NCBI GenBank assembly: GCA_026387835.1
Contig: JAPLKZ010000006.1
Span: 29,104-61,103, forward strand
DNA: 32,000 nt
Direction of reading: 5' to 3'
Origin: Candidatus Saganbacteria bacterium
GTDB taxonomy: Bacteria > Margulisbacteria > WOR-1 > JAKLHX01
The position numbers were made by a program, and so were the translations under genes. Position 1 is the stretch's first letter, and each line of letters starts with the position of its first letter. Below the pieces are notes generated by a model that saw nothing but the letters and a program-made list of their open reading frames with translations, was not told the origin of the DNA and did not search any database. Of the stretch, positions 16,654 through 25,222 are shown one piece after another.

Positions 16654-18789
16654 GTGTTCAATGAGATAATGCGTCTCCAGAACAATCCTCCAGGAGGACA
16701 CGGAGGGCTTGGTATCATCAGCCACGCGATAAACAGGACCGCGCAGAGATACGGACAAGCCGACGGATACGGACTATTCAATATGAGTCTTTTGCACACG
16801 CAGAGAAGGGTTCAGTCTTTTCCTGAACACCAGACCCCGGTCGACTGGGGAGGGTTCATGCAGCATCTGGATTTTATTGATGTGCCTCCGGACGCTCCAG
16901 GTGCCGATTACTATCATTACCTTGGCCAAATGATCGAAGTAAACCTTTATGGTCAGCCAAGACCCGTAGATACATGGATGTTCACAGGTTTTTCCGACCA
17001 GAATAGATTTGACCCGGCAAGGTTCGTGCCCGCCATAAAATTTTCGGTGCCCAGCGTAACTGGAGAGCTCTATCCGGACTGCACATCACCGGAAATACTT
17101 GCTCAGATGCAGGTCCTCGGACAGGGCGGGTTCCGGCTTTCACAAAAGCTCGGCCTCATCGGATGCGGGGCAGGGAAAATGAATGCCGACAGCTTCAGGT
17201 CCGTATACGGAGACGGCGCAAAGCGGCAAAGACTTTTGGATAATCTGATAAGACTTGGAATCTCTGACACACAGGGGAACATCGAACATTCAAAAGTGTT
17301 TGATATTTTCTCTCCGGAAGACCTGACACTTGACGAAGAATTCGTAAATGAACGCGGACCTGTAAGACAGGTTATTATCGAAAGTCAAAAATCAATAGCC
17401 GATCTTTTCATCGGTCATGAAGGGCATACGGCATTGTTCAATTTCAATCTTTATCTTTGGTTCAAGAGATTGCACAACGGCGATCATACCGAAGCCATGA
17501 GGGACACGCAGGACCTTTGCGCCTCGACCGATCATGCGCCGCAGGCGGGCACTGTGGCCAGGACAAGAGGGGAAAATTTCAGGCAGCATTACAGTGAAGA
17601 AGACGACAGGGACTGGGGTTCATTCGGCTGGGACCCGGGGAAACCCACCAATGCAAAAGCTGCAGCCGAAAAACTTTCAAGACACAGCGGAGTCGTTTCA
17701 CCCTTACACCTGGAAGTCGTCAAAGCTGAGATGGCAGACCTGCAAAACGGAGTACAAGAATCTATCGCTCTTGCTCCTACAAGGGAAGTCGTAGATGGTC
17801 TAAAAATATTTACGGATACCATAGACATGGATGACTGGCTTGGTCTCGGCACCAAAGCCGTGCTTGACAAGCATTTTCCGGAATGGAGGCAGAACCCGCA
17901 GATGCTAGGTACTGACAGGCTGATAAACAGTGCATTAAGGAATTCCGTATTCCTCGGCGATCTTGCAGAGGCATTTGATGCTCAAGACAATTTTTTCTTC
18001 CAGCTTCTGCAGAAATTCGGCAGAAGGTTCGGTACCGAGATACCGGATGATGCGATCATTATTGCCTCTTTAAGAAGAGCAAGCGAATATAAAATAAAAC
18101 TGCTTACGGAATTCCTTAACAAAAGAGACATGATAAATTCTATTGCCGGAAGAGAGAACAGGCCGATAATATATCTGTTGGGTGGTATAGCCCATCACAA
18201 AGACGGGAACGCAAAGAACGCACTGAAAGATCTTCTGGTCTTCTTATTCGGTATCAACGGGGAGAAAGGAAAGCTGTCCGGGGAGTTCCTTCTTAACCAT
18301 GATTATGACAAAGCCGCGTGGCTTTTCCAGGGACTGGCAAAAAGGGGCTGCTGGATAGGAGCAACGAACCCGACAGACAGCAGGTCTCAGGGGACAGAGG
18401 CCTTTGGACCAAGTTATATCAAGTCCTCTGTCAACGGTGTCTGGATATTGGGACCGGATGACGGAGGAGCGGGGTGCCTGAAAGGACTGCCAGCAGTCCA
18501 TACATACGGACCTACCATGGTCGAAGGAGAACAGTCTTATTATCGTCACTTCTGGAACAGCAGAGAAGCGGTCGAAAATTCCAGAAGATGGCTTGGGGCC
18601 GGTTTTATAAAGGGCCTTGGTATAATGGCGCACAATATCGCGACCGACCTTGATTATTATGAACAAGGGGAAGGAGCTCTTGCTCCGGGTCTGCTGAGAA
18701 AAGTGCCGACGATGTTCAAAGTCATAGCAGGCTACAACGGAAGAGTTCTGCTCGACAGTTATCTTAACTGCATTCCTCCAAAGAACTGA
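16654..18789 (+). CDS. Divergent alpha-glucan phosphorylase-family (GT35-like) protein
   Basis: 711 aa. GGHGGLGIISH resembles YSGGLGVLAGDH, and HEGHTALF resembles NEGHSAF. GGIAHHKDGNAKNALK resembles AGKAHPxDxxGKxLIK. GTEAFGPSYIKSSVNGVWILGPDDG resembles the PLP-Lys signature [25 protein letters not shown]. GTG start (or ATG at 16669), no SD. Confidence 0.6.
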   Translation: MFNEIMRLQNNPPGGHGGLGIISHAINRTAQRYGQADGYGLFNMSLLHTQRRVQSFPEHQTPVDWGGFMQHLDFIDVPPDAPGADYYHYLGQMIEVNLYGQPRPVDTWMFTGFSDQNRFDPARFVPAIKFSVPSVTGELYPDCTSPEILAQMQVLGQGGFRLSQKLGLIGCGAGKMNADSFRSVYGDGAKRQRLLDNLIRLGISDTQGNIEHSKVFDIFSPEDLTLDEEFVNERGPVRQVIIESQKSIADLFIGHEGHTALFNFNLYLWFKRLHNGDHTEAMRDTQDLCASTDHAPQAGTVARTRGENFRQHYSEEDDRDWGSFGWDPGKPTNAKAAAEKLSRHSGVVSPLHLEVVKAEMADLQNGVQESIALAPTREVVDGLKIFTDTIDMDDWLGLGTKAVLDKHFPEWRQNPQMLGTDRLINSALRNSVFLGDLAEAFDAQDNFFFQLLQKFGRRFGTEIPDDAIIIASLRRASEYKIKLLTEFLNKRDMINSIAGRENRPIIYLLGGIAHHKDGNAKNALKDLLVFLFGINGEKGKLSGEFLLNHDYDKAAWLFQGLAKRGCWIGATNPTDSRSQGTEAFGPSYIKSSVNGVWILGPDDGGAGCLKGLPAVHTYGPTMVEGEQSYYRHFWNSREAVENSRRWLGAGFIKGLGIMAHNIATDLDYYEQGEGALAPGLLRKVPTMFKVIAGYNGRVLLDSYLNCIPPKN

Positions 18790-18852
18790 AATTCCCTCGA
18801 ATATATTTCGATACATAATCAGAGACTTTTTATTTAAAAAAAGGAGAAGATA

Positions 18853-20403
18853 ATGTCTAGTCAGGGCGTGAAATATTATTTCTGCGGTTCCGGAAGCGTT
18901 AACTTGAAATGGAGTATGCCTGTGACAAGCGAAAAAAGTTTTGCGCTGTCAAGAAACAGAGTGGCAGGGGTACAGGGTGCCGAAAGAGGCGGCGTCAAGA
19001 TCGAAAATTCATTGCTGGGCGATCACGGCAGGCGGATAGCCGAGTTGTTGTATCGAAATAATTCAAACATGTCAGAACTAAAGTTGGATATAGGAGGCTA
19101 CGCGCTTCCCTCTGCCATTGCCGCGTTCCAGCTCATGGGGGAAAAAGATTCGGTGATACTGAGGATGCCGATCGGGCCTGATACCAGAATAGAATGGCAG
19201 GACCTGGTCTGTGCTTCTCCTATGGATAAAGATATGGCGTACGCTGAAAGGAAAGGATGGGCGATGCAACTTTTGCATCTCCTTACAAGAAAACACTATA
19301 TTGCAAGGGGGATGCCCACGGCTAATTTCTTTGAGCACATGGACTCAGACCTTGACCTCAGTTCAAAATATTACCCTCAACAGGAGCAAATAATTGACGC
19401 GGTGATAAACGGCAAATACTTTGCCGGATGGCTTATAAGGGAACTGAGGGGGCTGGGGATCGATACCAGGCATCTTATCAGATTTTCCAGGCCATTGCAT
19501 ACCCCTTACGGATTTGTGATACAGGAAAAAATCCCCGGAAGCGGGAACGATTATGTCAGGACCACCCTTTTTGATCCCGGAGCGTTGGACAAGCTGACGA
19601 TACACGATCTGGCAGCAGGAAGACTTGCTTTCAGAAGATCCGGAAGGAATGTGGTTTCACTCGGAGGTCCGTTCATGATGGGCGGCATGAAAGATACATG
19701 GCCTTTGATACTCGAAGCGGCAAAGCGGAGCGGAGCTTTTACGGTACTGACGACAGGATATGATCCGTCAAAATATTACAGGATGTCCGAAAAAGCCGTT
19801 AATAACACCGATATGGCGGTGCTTGATCTCAGGGATGCCGCTTTGCTTACCGGGGCGGGAGAGGAGTCTTTCCGTACCGTAAATGGTCGTGGGGTCAGAG
19901 CCCTGCGGGGCATGTTCAGGAACTTTTTCGTTTCCCTGGGACTCCGAGGCGGATTGATGTACGCTTCCGACCCAAAGGTATTTGCTCCTCTACAGGGGCA
20001 GGCGAAAAAATATTTCGGGTCCCCGTTCATAATCCCATGGTCGGAACATATTGCTTCTTTCGGCCGACCTATGTTTGAACACGGTGTCCGAGTTGTCGAA
20101 GCAGGAGCGCTTGCCGTGGCGATCGGAAAACGCATGAACCCTATTGAAGCTGCCTTGTTTGCCGTGTCCGCGGGAGCTCTAAGTTCTACGGGCGGAGCCG
20201 GAAGGATCGATCCGATGCAAAGAGGAAAGCACGGTGCCAACCTGGCGATGAATTTGACCCTAAGGAAACTCGCAGCGCAGGTAGGTTATGTGCCGTACAG
20301 CACAACAAGGACAGTTTTCGAGACGGTAAAGGATGTATCAGGCAATAAAACAACACACGCAAGAAAAGTCGTTGAAAAAAGCCAAGAACTCAGAAACGGT
20401 TAA
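18853..20403 (+). CDS. Ribokinase/PfkB-like fold protein with large insertions and a degenerate GAGD motif (function unknown)
   Basis: 516 aa with a strong AAGGAGAAG SD. DIGGYALPSAIAAFQLMGEKDSVILRMPIGPD resembles the PfkB N-terminal GG..N.A.a.a.LG...vG.D motif. VRVVEAGALAVAIG...ALFAVSAGAL resembles VVDTTGAGDAF...fanaaaa but lacks the catalytic Asp. Confidence 0.4.
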   Translation: MSSQGVKYYFCGSGSVNLKWSMPVTSEKSFALSRNRVAGVQGAERGGVKIENSLLGDHGRRIAELLYRNNSNMSELKLDIGGYALPSAIAAFQLMGEKDSVILRMPIGPDTRIEWQDLVCASPMDKDMAYAERKGWAMQLLHLLTRKHYIARGMPTANFFEHMDSDLDLSSKYYPQQEQIIDAVINGKYFAGWLIRELRGLGIDTRHLIRFSRPLHTPYGFVIQEKIPGSGNDYVRTTLFDPGALDKLTIHDLAAGRLAFRRSGRNVVSLGGPFMMGGMKDTWPLILEAAKRSGAFTVLTTGYDPSKYYRMSEKAVNNTDMAVLDLRDAALLTGAGEESFRTVNGRGVRALRGMFRNFFVSLGLRGGLMYASDPKVFAPLQGQAKKYFGSPFIIPWSEHIASFGRPMFEHGVRVVEAGALAVAIGKRMNPIEAALFAVSAGALSSTGGAGRIDPMQRGKHGANLAMNLTLRKLAAQVGYVPYSTTRTVFETVKDVSGNKTTHARKVVEKSQELRNG

Positions 20404-21638
20404 TCTTTGATAGCTGCGAAGATTCTTTGCGCGTACGGATCGTACGTGACACACCCGATATGCTGTTTGTGATTCCCCAGGAAAGAACAGTTCCCGCACA
20501 TCTTGCACCAGGCTATGTCATCAAGCTTTCCCTCGACTATCTTCCTGGCAGTCTCCGGGTCCGCGATCATCTGCCTGCTTATGCCGGCAAGGTCGGCCTT
20601 GCCGTTTGCGATGTTATATGTGGCCCAGTATAAAAAACTTTTTTTGAAAGCGTCATCCCCGGGGAGCGGATTATCGCCGTCGCCAAGCAATGAATAAGCG
20701 GAGCCCGTCACGATTGCCCTGTCACCGGCCCATCTTTTGACTTCCTCTGTCCATCGGAAATGATCAAAGATGCCTGAGCAGTTTCCGGGCTTTGGACTGA
20801 TAAGATGCACCGTCCTGTCGTTATCCCCGGCGGTTACATTGAGGAGCTTTACTCCGAGCGCTAAAGCCAGTTCCACAAGCTGTCTCTGCTCTTTGTATGA
20901 ACGATCTTCTTCATCTGTCCCCGGAAGTGTACCGAACTCGTCCTTAAGTCCGTTGAACATGGAAAGCCTCAGCGCAAGAATGAAACTGTCAGGATGTATC
21001 AGCGCTCTTCTGATCAATCCCATCGTTTCAGTGTAAAACCTTGCCCTTTCCCTGAACGATGCTCCGCCATAGGACCAATTATCCCTGCGGACATTAAGCC
21101 TGCTCAACATGTGTTCCATAAGATATCCATGGCATATCTTCAGCTCGGCACCGTGAAAACCTAGGTATTCTGCCTGAATAAAAGAACCGACTATCATTTT
21201 CTGCATGACAGCTGCGTCATCGTCAGTGAGAAGCCTGACACCAGGAATATTTACTGGATATGGGGATACTGGTTTGAGAGAATATTTTCCGGAATGCGTG
21301 ATCTGGGCAATTAACAGCCCGTCCGGGTTCAGCTCGCGGTGCATCTCTGTAATTTTCCGGAAGTCCGGAGCCGACTCAGCTGAAAGGCACCACTGGTCCG
21401 ATCTACATCTTCCTTCAGGCATAAATACGGTCGATTGCAGCCAGTTTATTCCGGGCTTCCCGCGGAACTGCCTTTCCATGTTGAAAAGATCCCTCTCGGA
21501 TATTCCCCCGGATGCAGTTCCTGAGTTGAGTCCCGTGGCCTGATAGACAATCCTATTAGGTATGGTTCTGTTTGTTCCAGGGATACGGACCGGCGAGCTA
21601 AGAATAGCCCTGACATGTTCTCTGTTTACAATATCCAT
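20400..21638 (-). CDS. Old Yellow Enzyme-family NADH:flavin oxidoreductase (TIM barrel) with C-terminal Cys cluster
   Basis: 412 aa with IPNRIVYQA, QITHSGKY, GFHGAELKICHGYLMEHMLSRLNVRRDNWSYGGASFRERARF and ISRQMIADPE. The C-terminal CKMCGNC resembles the Fe-S ligand region of 2,4-dienoyl-CoA reductase-type members. Confidence 0.7.
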   Translation of the reverse strand: MDIVNREHVRAILSSPVRIPGTNRTIPNRIVYQATGLNSGTASGGISERDLFNMERQFRGKPGINWLQSTVFMPEGRCRSDQWCLSAESAPDFRKITEMHRELNPDGLLIAQITHSGKYSLKPVSPYPVNIPGVRLLTDDDAAVMQKMIVGSFIQAEYLGFHGAELKICHGYLMEHMLSRLNVRRDNWSYGGASFRERARFYTETMGLIRRALIHPDSFILALRLSMFNGLKDEFGTLPGTDEEDRSYKEQRQLVELALALGVKLLNVTAGDNDRTVHLISPKPGNCSGIFDHFRWTEEVKRWAGDRAIVTGSAYSLLGDGDNPLPGDDAFKKSFLYWATYNIANGKADLAGISRQMIADPETARKIVEGKLDDIAWCKMCGNCSFLGNHKQHIGCVTYDPYAQRIFAAIKD

Positions 21639-21743
21639 ATAGATAAAAATCCCTTTACCATCTGTTTACTTATCGTAAAAAAATCAAAGAAATATCAGTA
21701 AAACTTGCAAAAATGTAAATATCACATCAAAACGGAACTTTTC

Positions 21744-21752
21744 TGCTATAAT
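21744..21752 (+). promoter_or_regulatory. Candidate extended -10 promoter (TGcTATAAT) for the LTxxQ protein gene
   Basis: TGCTATAAT lies 31 nt upstream of the ATG at 21783. An AAGGAG SD lies in between. Confidence 0.35.
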
Positions 21753-21782
21753 TTTGTCTAATTCTATGTAAAGGAGATCAGA

Positions 21783-22229
21783 ATGAAAAAAATATCGGCA
21801 GTAACGGCTGTTTTGATCTGCGCGGCGGTGATCTTGTCATTTTCAAGTGCGCTCGGAAATCAGGGCAGGAGTATGAGCGGTGCCGGTATCGTACAGGGGC
21901 TTGGCCTTACAGCGGACCAGCAGTCTAAGATAACTGCTAAAGAGAAAGAAATGGAAAAGGATATTCTCCCGCTAAAGCAGTCCATCCAGGACCTAAGGTC
22001 TGAGCTCAATAAGGAATTATCGTCGGAAAATCCGGATAAGGCAAAGGTCAACAGATTGATAGAAAGCGTTTCGGGAAAGATGACGGTGATACAGCAAAAG
22101 AAGATATCCTATATTTTATGGACAAGAGAGCAATTGACCGCTGAGCAAAGGCAAAAACTCACTACATTCCTGCAAAAGCCGGAGGAAGGGGAGGCGGGAG
22201 AAGCAAAGGCTCCCGGTTCGAATAAATAG
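21783..22229 (+). CDS. Periplasmic LTxxQ-motif protein (Spy/CpxP/ZraP-like chaperone family)
   Basis: 148 aa with a signal peptide, two LTxxQ motifs (LTADQQ, LTAEQR) and a helical Lys/Glu-rich body. Confidence 0.62.
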   Translation: MKKISAVTAVLICAAVILSFSSALGNQGRSMSGAGIVQGLGLTADQQSKITAKEKEMEKDILPLKQSIQDLRSELNKELSSENPDKAKVNRLIESVSGKMTVIQQKKISYILWTREQLTAEQRQKLTTFLQKPEEGEAGEAKAPGSNK

Positions 22230-22252
22230 AAGTTTCGATCAAATCAAATATA

Positions 22253-23158
22253 ATGAATAAATCAATATTGAGCCTTTTATTAATTGCTGCCATTCTCGCC
22301 GCTATCCCATGTTCTTCCGCGGCGGCGGAGCGTTCGCTGGACATGATAAGCGGTATCGGCGCGGGTTATTATTATCTGTACCCTAAAGATATCCAGATAC
22401 AGAATTATTACCACAGAGGAATGGCATACAAAGCTTTTCTGGAACTCCTTGCAGAGAGCGGGCTTTCAGCAGGCCTTGATATAAGTTATTATTCAGAAGG
22501 AAACATGTCTTCCACTGCCGTGCCCGGCACGACCCTTACCATTATCCCTATAACGGCCTCGGTTTCTTACCATCTCTTTAAAGGCAGCACATTATCCCCG
22601 TATTTCGGAGCGGGTGTGGGAGAATATTTTATCAACGAGAGCGATCCGGATTTTAATTATCTTACAGCGACAAAGTTTGGAAAACATATCTTCGCAGGGG
22701 CGGACATCTATTTCACGCGGGATACGATCTTAAGGGCGGAAATCCGCCAGACGTTCATCGATCCGGTCAATTCCACCTATTATTACCAGGCTAATTTTGG
22801 AGGTCTGACCGCCTCGATTATGCTTGCCATCGACTGGCCGGTATTTGGCAGGGAAACGAGGATGACGACCGAAGAGATCGCTTACGAGCGGCAGAAAAGC
22901 CTGCTTGACGCCGAGAACCAGCTTCTTATGGACCATGTAAGGCAGATGCAGTCGTTTTATAGTCCACAAAGCTGGGACAGCGCCATCTACCAGCCCTGGA
23001 ACAGCCCTACATATATTATAAACAACGTCGTTCCTTCACAGCAGCAGCTGGATGATTCCAAAGCCAAAGCAGACCAGCTAAAGGCTGATACGGAGCAAAA
23101 GCGGCAACAGTATATTCAAGAAAAGACCAATTTAAGGCAGGAAAAGAAGGGACAATAA
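22253..23158 (+). CDS. Putative outer-membrane beta-barrel protein with Gln/Lys-rich coiled-coil tail
   Basis: 301 aa with a signal peptide (ending AAAERS). Alternating aromatic/aliphatic beta-strand pattern (GAGYYY, ITASVSYHLF, FAGADIYF, LRAEIRQTF). The C-terminus looks coiled-coil (QQQLDDSKAKADQLKADTEQKRQQYIQEK). Confidence 0.45.
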   Translation: MNKSILSLLLIAAILAAIPCSSAAAERSLDMISGIGAGYYYLYPKDIQIQNYYHRGMAYKAFLELLAESGLSAGLDISYYSEGNMSSTAVPGTTLTIIPITASVSYHLFKGSTLSPYFGAGVGEYFINESDPDFNYLTATKFGKHIFAGADIYFTRDTILRAEIRQTFIDPVNSTYYYQANFGGLTASIMLAIDWPVFGRETRMTTEEIAYERQKSLLDAENQLLMDHVRQMQSFYSPQSWDSAIYQPWNSPTYIINNVVPSQQQLDDSKAKADQLKADTEQKRQQYIQEKTNLRQEKKGQ

Positions 23159-23160
23159 AG

Positions 23161-23560
23161 GGCAAGCCTGTAAGCCGGGTTCTGTATTTGTATGATCATC
23201 TGTCTGTGATGACGATTGCCCGCCACCTAAAGTCAATTTCTTGACTATGCGGTTTGTTCGAGGATCATGACGTCCAAGGCAGGACTTTCCTCTGTTCAAC
23301 CTTGCTGCAGGTGGGGTTTGCCTTCCCTTATGTCTCCATAAGAGAGCGTGAGCTCTTACCTCACGATTTCAATTTTGCCATCCCGCCTTTAGAGCGGGAT
23401 TCGGCCATATGTTTTCTGTGACACTTTCCTTAGGGTTTTCCCCAGCCGACGTTATCGGCCACCGTTGCCTTGCGCAGCCCGGACTTTCCTCTCCCTCGAC
23501 TCGCTGCGCTCGCTCGGGACAAGCCCTCGAAGCGCATGAATCAAAGGGGCGACCATCCGG
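23161..23560 (-). ncRNA. rnpB: RNase P RNA, bacterial type A
   Basis: The reverse complement contains the universal motifs GAGGAAAGTCCGGGCT (P4 5' strand) and ACAGAACCCGGCTTA (P4 3' strand), plus GGTAAGAGCTCAC. P1 pairing is GGCAAGCC...GGCTTGCC. Length is about 400 nt. Confidence 0.88.
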
Positions 23561-23568
23561 CTTGCCCT

Positions 23569-23577
23569 AGAGTTAAT
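23569..23577 (-). promoter_or_regulatory. Candidate extended -10 promoter (TGcTATAAT) for rnpB
   Basis: On the minus strand TGCTATAAT ends 8 nt upstream of the GGGCAAGCC P1 5' end. Confidence 0.4.
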
Positions 23578-23609
23578 TATAGCAGAATAAAAAAGATTGG
23601 GAATAAAGC

Positions 23610-24002
23610 TTATTTTGAATCGATCCCGTTGTTGGCCAGTGCGTCAGCCTCAAGGTTTAAGTCGCGGAGGACGTGTTTAATACTAAAATGCTTGAACTTG
23701 GCTATTAGGACCTTGGCGTGGTTGAAAAGGAGTTTTAGGTCCTCGTCCTTTACCCTGTACGCTCCGTTCATCTGCCGCACGACGAGCTCGCTGTCAGAGA
23801 TGAACTCCGCTTCTTTATGGCCGAGAAGAAGCACTTCTTCAAGCCCCCGGACCAGGGCAGTGTATTCTGCGACATTGTTCGTGGTATTGCCGATGTATTC
23901 GCTGATCTTTTTTATGACACGGCCGCTTTTCTTTATGACAATCCCGATACCCGATTCACCGGGATTACCTCTTGACGCGCCGTCGATGTTGACCGTTAAC
24001 AT
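23610..24002 (-). CDS. rnhA: Ribonuclease HI-family protein
   Basis: 130 aa with DGASRGNPGESGIG, NNVAEYTALVRGLE, SDSELVV.Q and RDLNLEADALAN (DEDD catalytic pattern). SD AGGAGAG. Confidence 0.82.
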   Translation of the reverse strand: MLTVNIDGASRGNPGESGIGIVIKKSGRVIKKISEYIGNTTNNVAEYTALVRGLEEVLLLGHKEAEFISDSELVVRQMNGAYRVKDEDLKLLFNHAKVLIAKFKHFSIKHVLRDLNLEADALANNGIDSK

Positions 24003-24010
24003 GATCTCTC

Positions 24011-25222
24011 CTAAACCCTCACCCCAGACATTCGGTCTGCTCTCTTGAGGGGTAAATGGGAATGGGATGGGGCGGGAGTAAGGGCGATTTTAAAAACCTC
24101 TTTTAACGGGACATTGAATTTCTTTGCTGCTTTTTTGCAGTCTTCATATTCCGGTGAGGTTTTTTTTGGAAAATCTTTAAAGGACGAAACCTTTACGCGG
24201 ATATTTCCATATTTTGTCTTGATAGTCTTAAATTTTCTCTCAACGGTCATCCGGGCAACTTCGCGGATACGGAAACCGAGAGTAGTCGTTTCGGAGAGGA
24301 TTATCCTGCTGATAGGATCAAGGTCCTTTTTATTTAAAAGGACGCTTAGCTTGATGCCCGGGCGGTTCTTCTTCATCTGGATGTTTTCAAGCCAGACATC
24401 GAGAGCTTTAGCTTTTAGAAGTCTTTCTATAACATGATCATAGAACTGCGGGTTCATGTCATCAATATTTGTTTCAATTAAAAAAACGGTCTCTTTGCCT
24501 GGCTGCCTGGCTTTTTCTCCTATCATCACCCTGAGTACGTTGGGATGGCCGTAGTCATATTTTCCCGCGCCGTATCCAACGGCGCCGATGTCCATCGCGG
24601 GAAGAAGGCCAAAGGAACTTGCGATCGAAGTAATGACAGCAGCGCCGGTAGGAGTGACAAGTTCGCCTTTTATACCGGTGTCATAAACCGGTATACCTTT
24701 TAAAAGTTCGATAGTAGCCGGTGCGGGTACCGGAAGCTTTCCGTGAGAGGTCTTTACAAAACCGCGGCTTAACGGAAGAGGGGAGGAATATACTTCCCTG
24801 ATCCCCATCATTTCTAGAGCTACAGCGCACCCGACTATATCAATGATCGCATCGATAGCACCTACTTCATGAAAATGTATGTTATCAGTATTTGTGCCGT
24901 GGACTTTGGCTTCCGCTTTTGCAAGCCTGGTAAATATCCCGACCGATCTTTTCTTTACCTCTTTAGATAGTTTTGAGCCATTGATGATCCTCTTTATATC
25001 GTCAAGGTTCCTGTGAGGCTGGTCTTTGCCGCCATTGACATCAAAATATGCGGCGGAAATACCGTTCTTCTTTGTCTTTTTTAGCTGCAATCTATAACCT
25101 GTAAGCCGTAAACTTTTTAATTGTTTTTCAAGCTCATTGAGATTTAGTCCCGCGTCTATCAAAGCCCCCAGGATCATATTCCCTGAAATGCCGGAAAAAC
25201 AGTCAAAATATGCTATTTTCAT
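24011..25222 (-). CDS. larC: Nickel-pincer cofactor biosynthesis protein LarC (DUF111 nickel insertion protein)
   Basis: Starts MKIAYFDCFSGISGNMILGALIDAGL, which is typical of LarC, and contains HFHEVGAIDAIIDIVG. The ATG at 25222 makes an ATGA overlap with the larB stop. The track's 13-codon N-terminal extension is rejected. Confidence 0.85.
   Translation of the reverse strand: MKIAYFDCFSGISGNMILGALIDAGLNLNELEKQLKSLRLTGYRLQLKKTKKNGISAAYFDVNGGKDQPHRNLDDIKRIINGSKLSKEVKKRSVGIFTRLAKAEAKVHGTNTDNIHFHEVGAIDAIIDIVGCAVALEMMGIREVYSSPLPLSRGFVKTSHGKLPVPAPATIELLKGIPVYDTGIKGELVTPTGAAVITSIASSFGLLPAMDIGAVGYGAGKYDYGHPNVLRVMIGEKARQPGKETVFLIETNIDDMNPQFYDHVIERLLKAKALDVWLENIQMKKNRPGIKLSVLLNKKDLDPISRIILSETTTLGFRIREVARMTVERKFKTIKTKYGNIRVKVSSFKDFPKKTSPEYEDCKKAAKKFNVPLKEVFKIALTPAPSHSHLPLKRADRMSGVRV

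Noticed and set aside
16315-16799. Three overlapping minus-strand ORFs (82, 65 and 93 aa) in the ispE/GT35-like gap
   Set aside because: None has an SD. They overlap the ispE 3' end or the GT35-like 5' end, and are antisense to the SD-preceded 56-aa plus-strand ORF.
23470-24048. 192-aa plus-strand ORF
   Set aside because: It overlaps the 5' part of rnpB and is fully antisense to the well-supported RNase HI gene.
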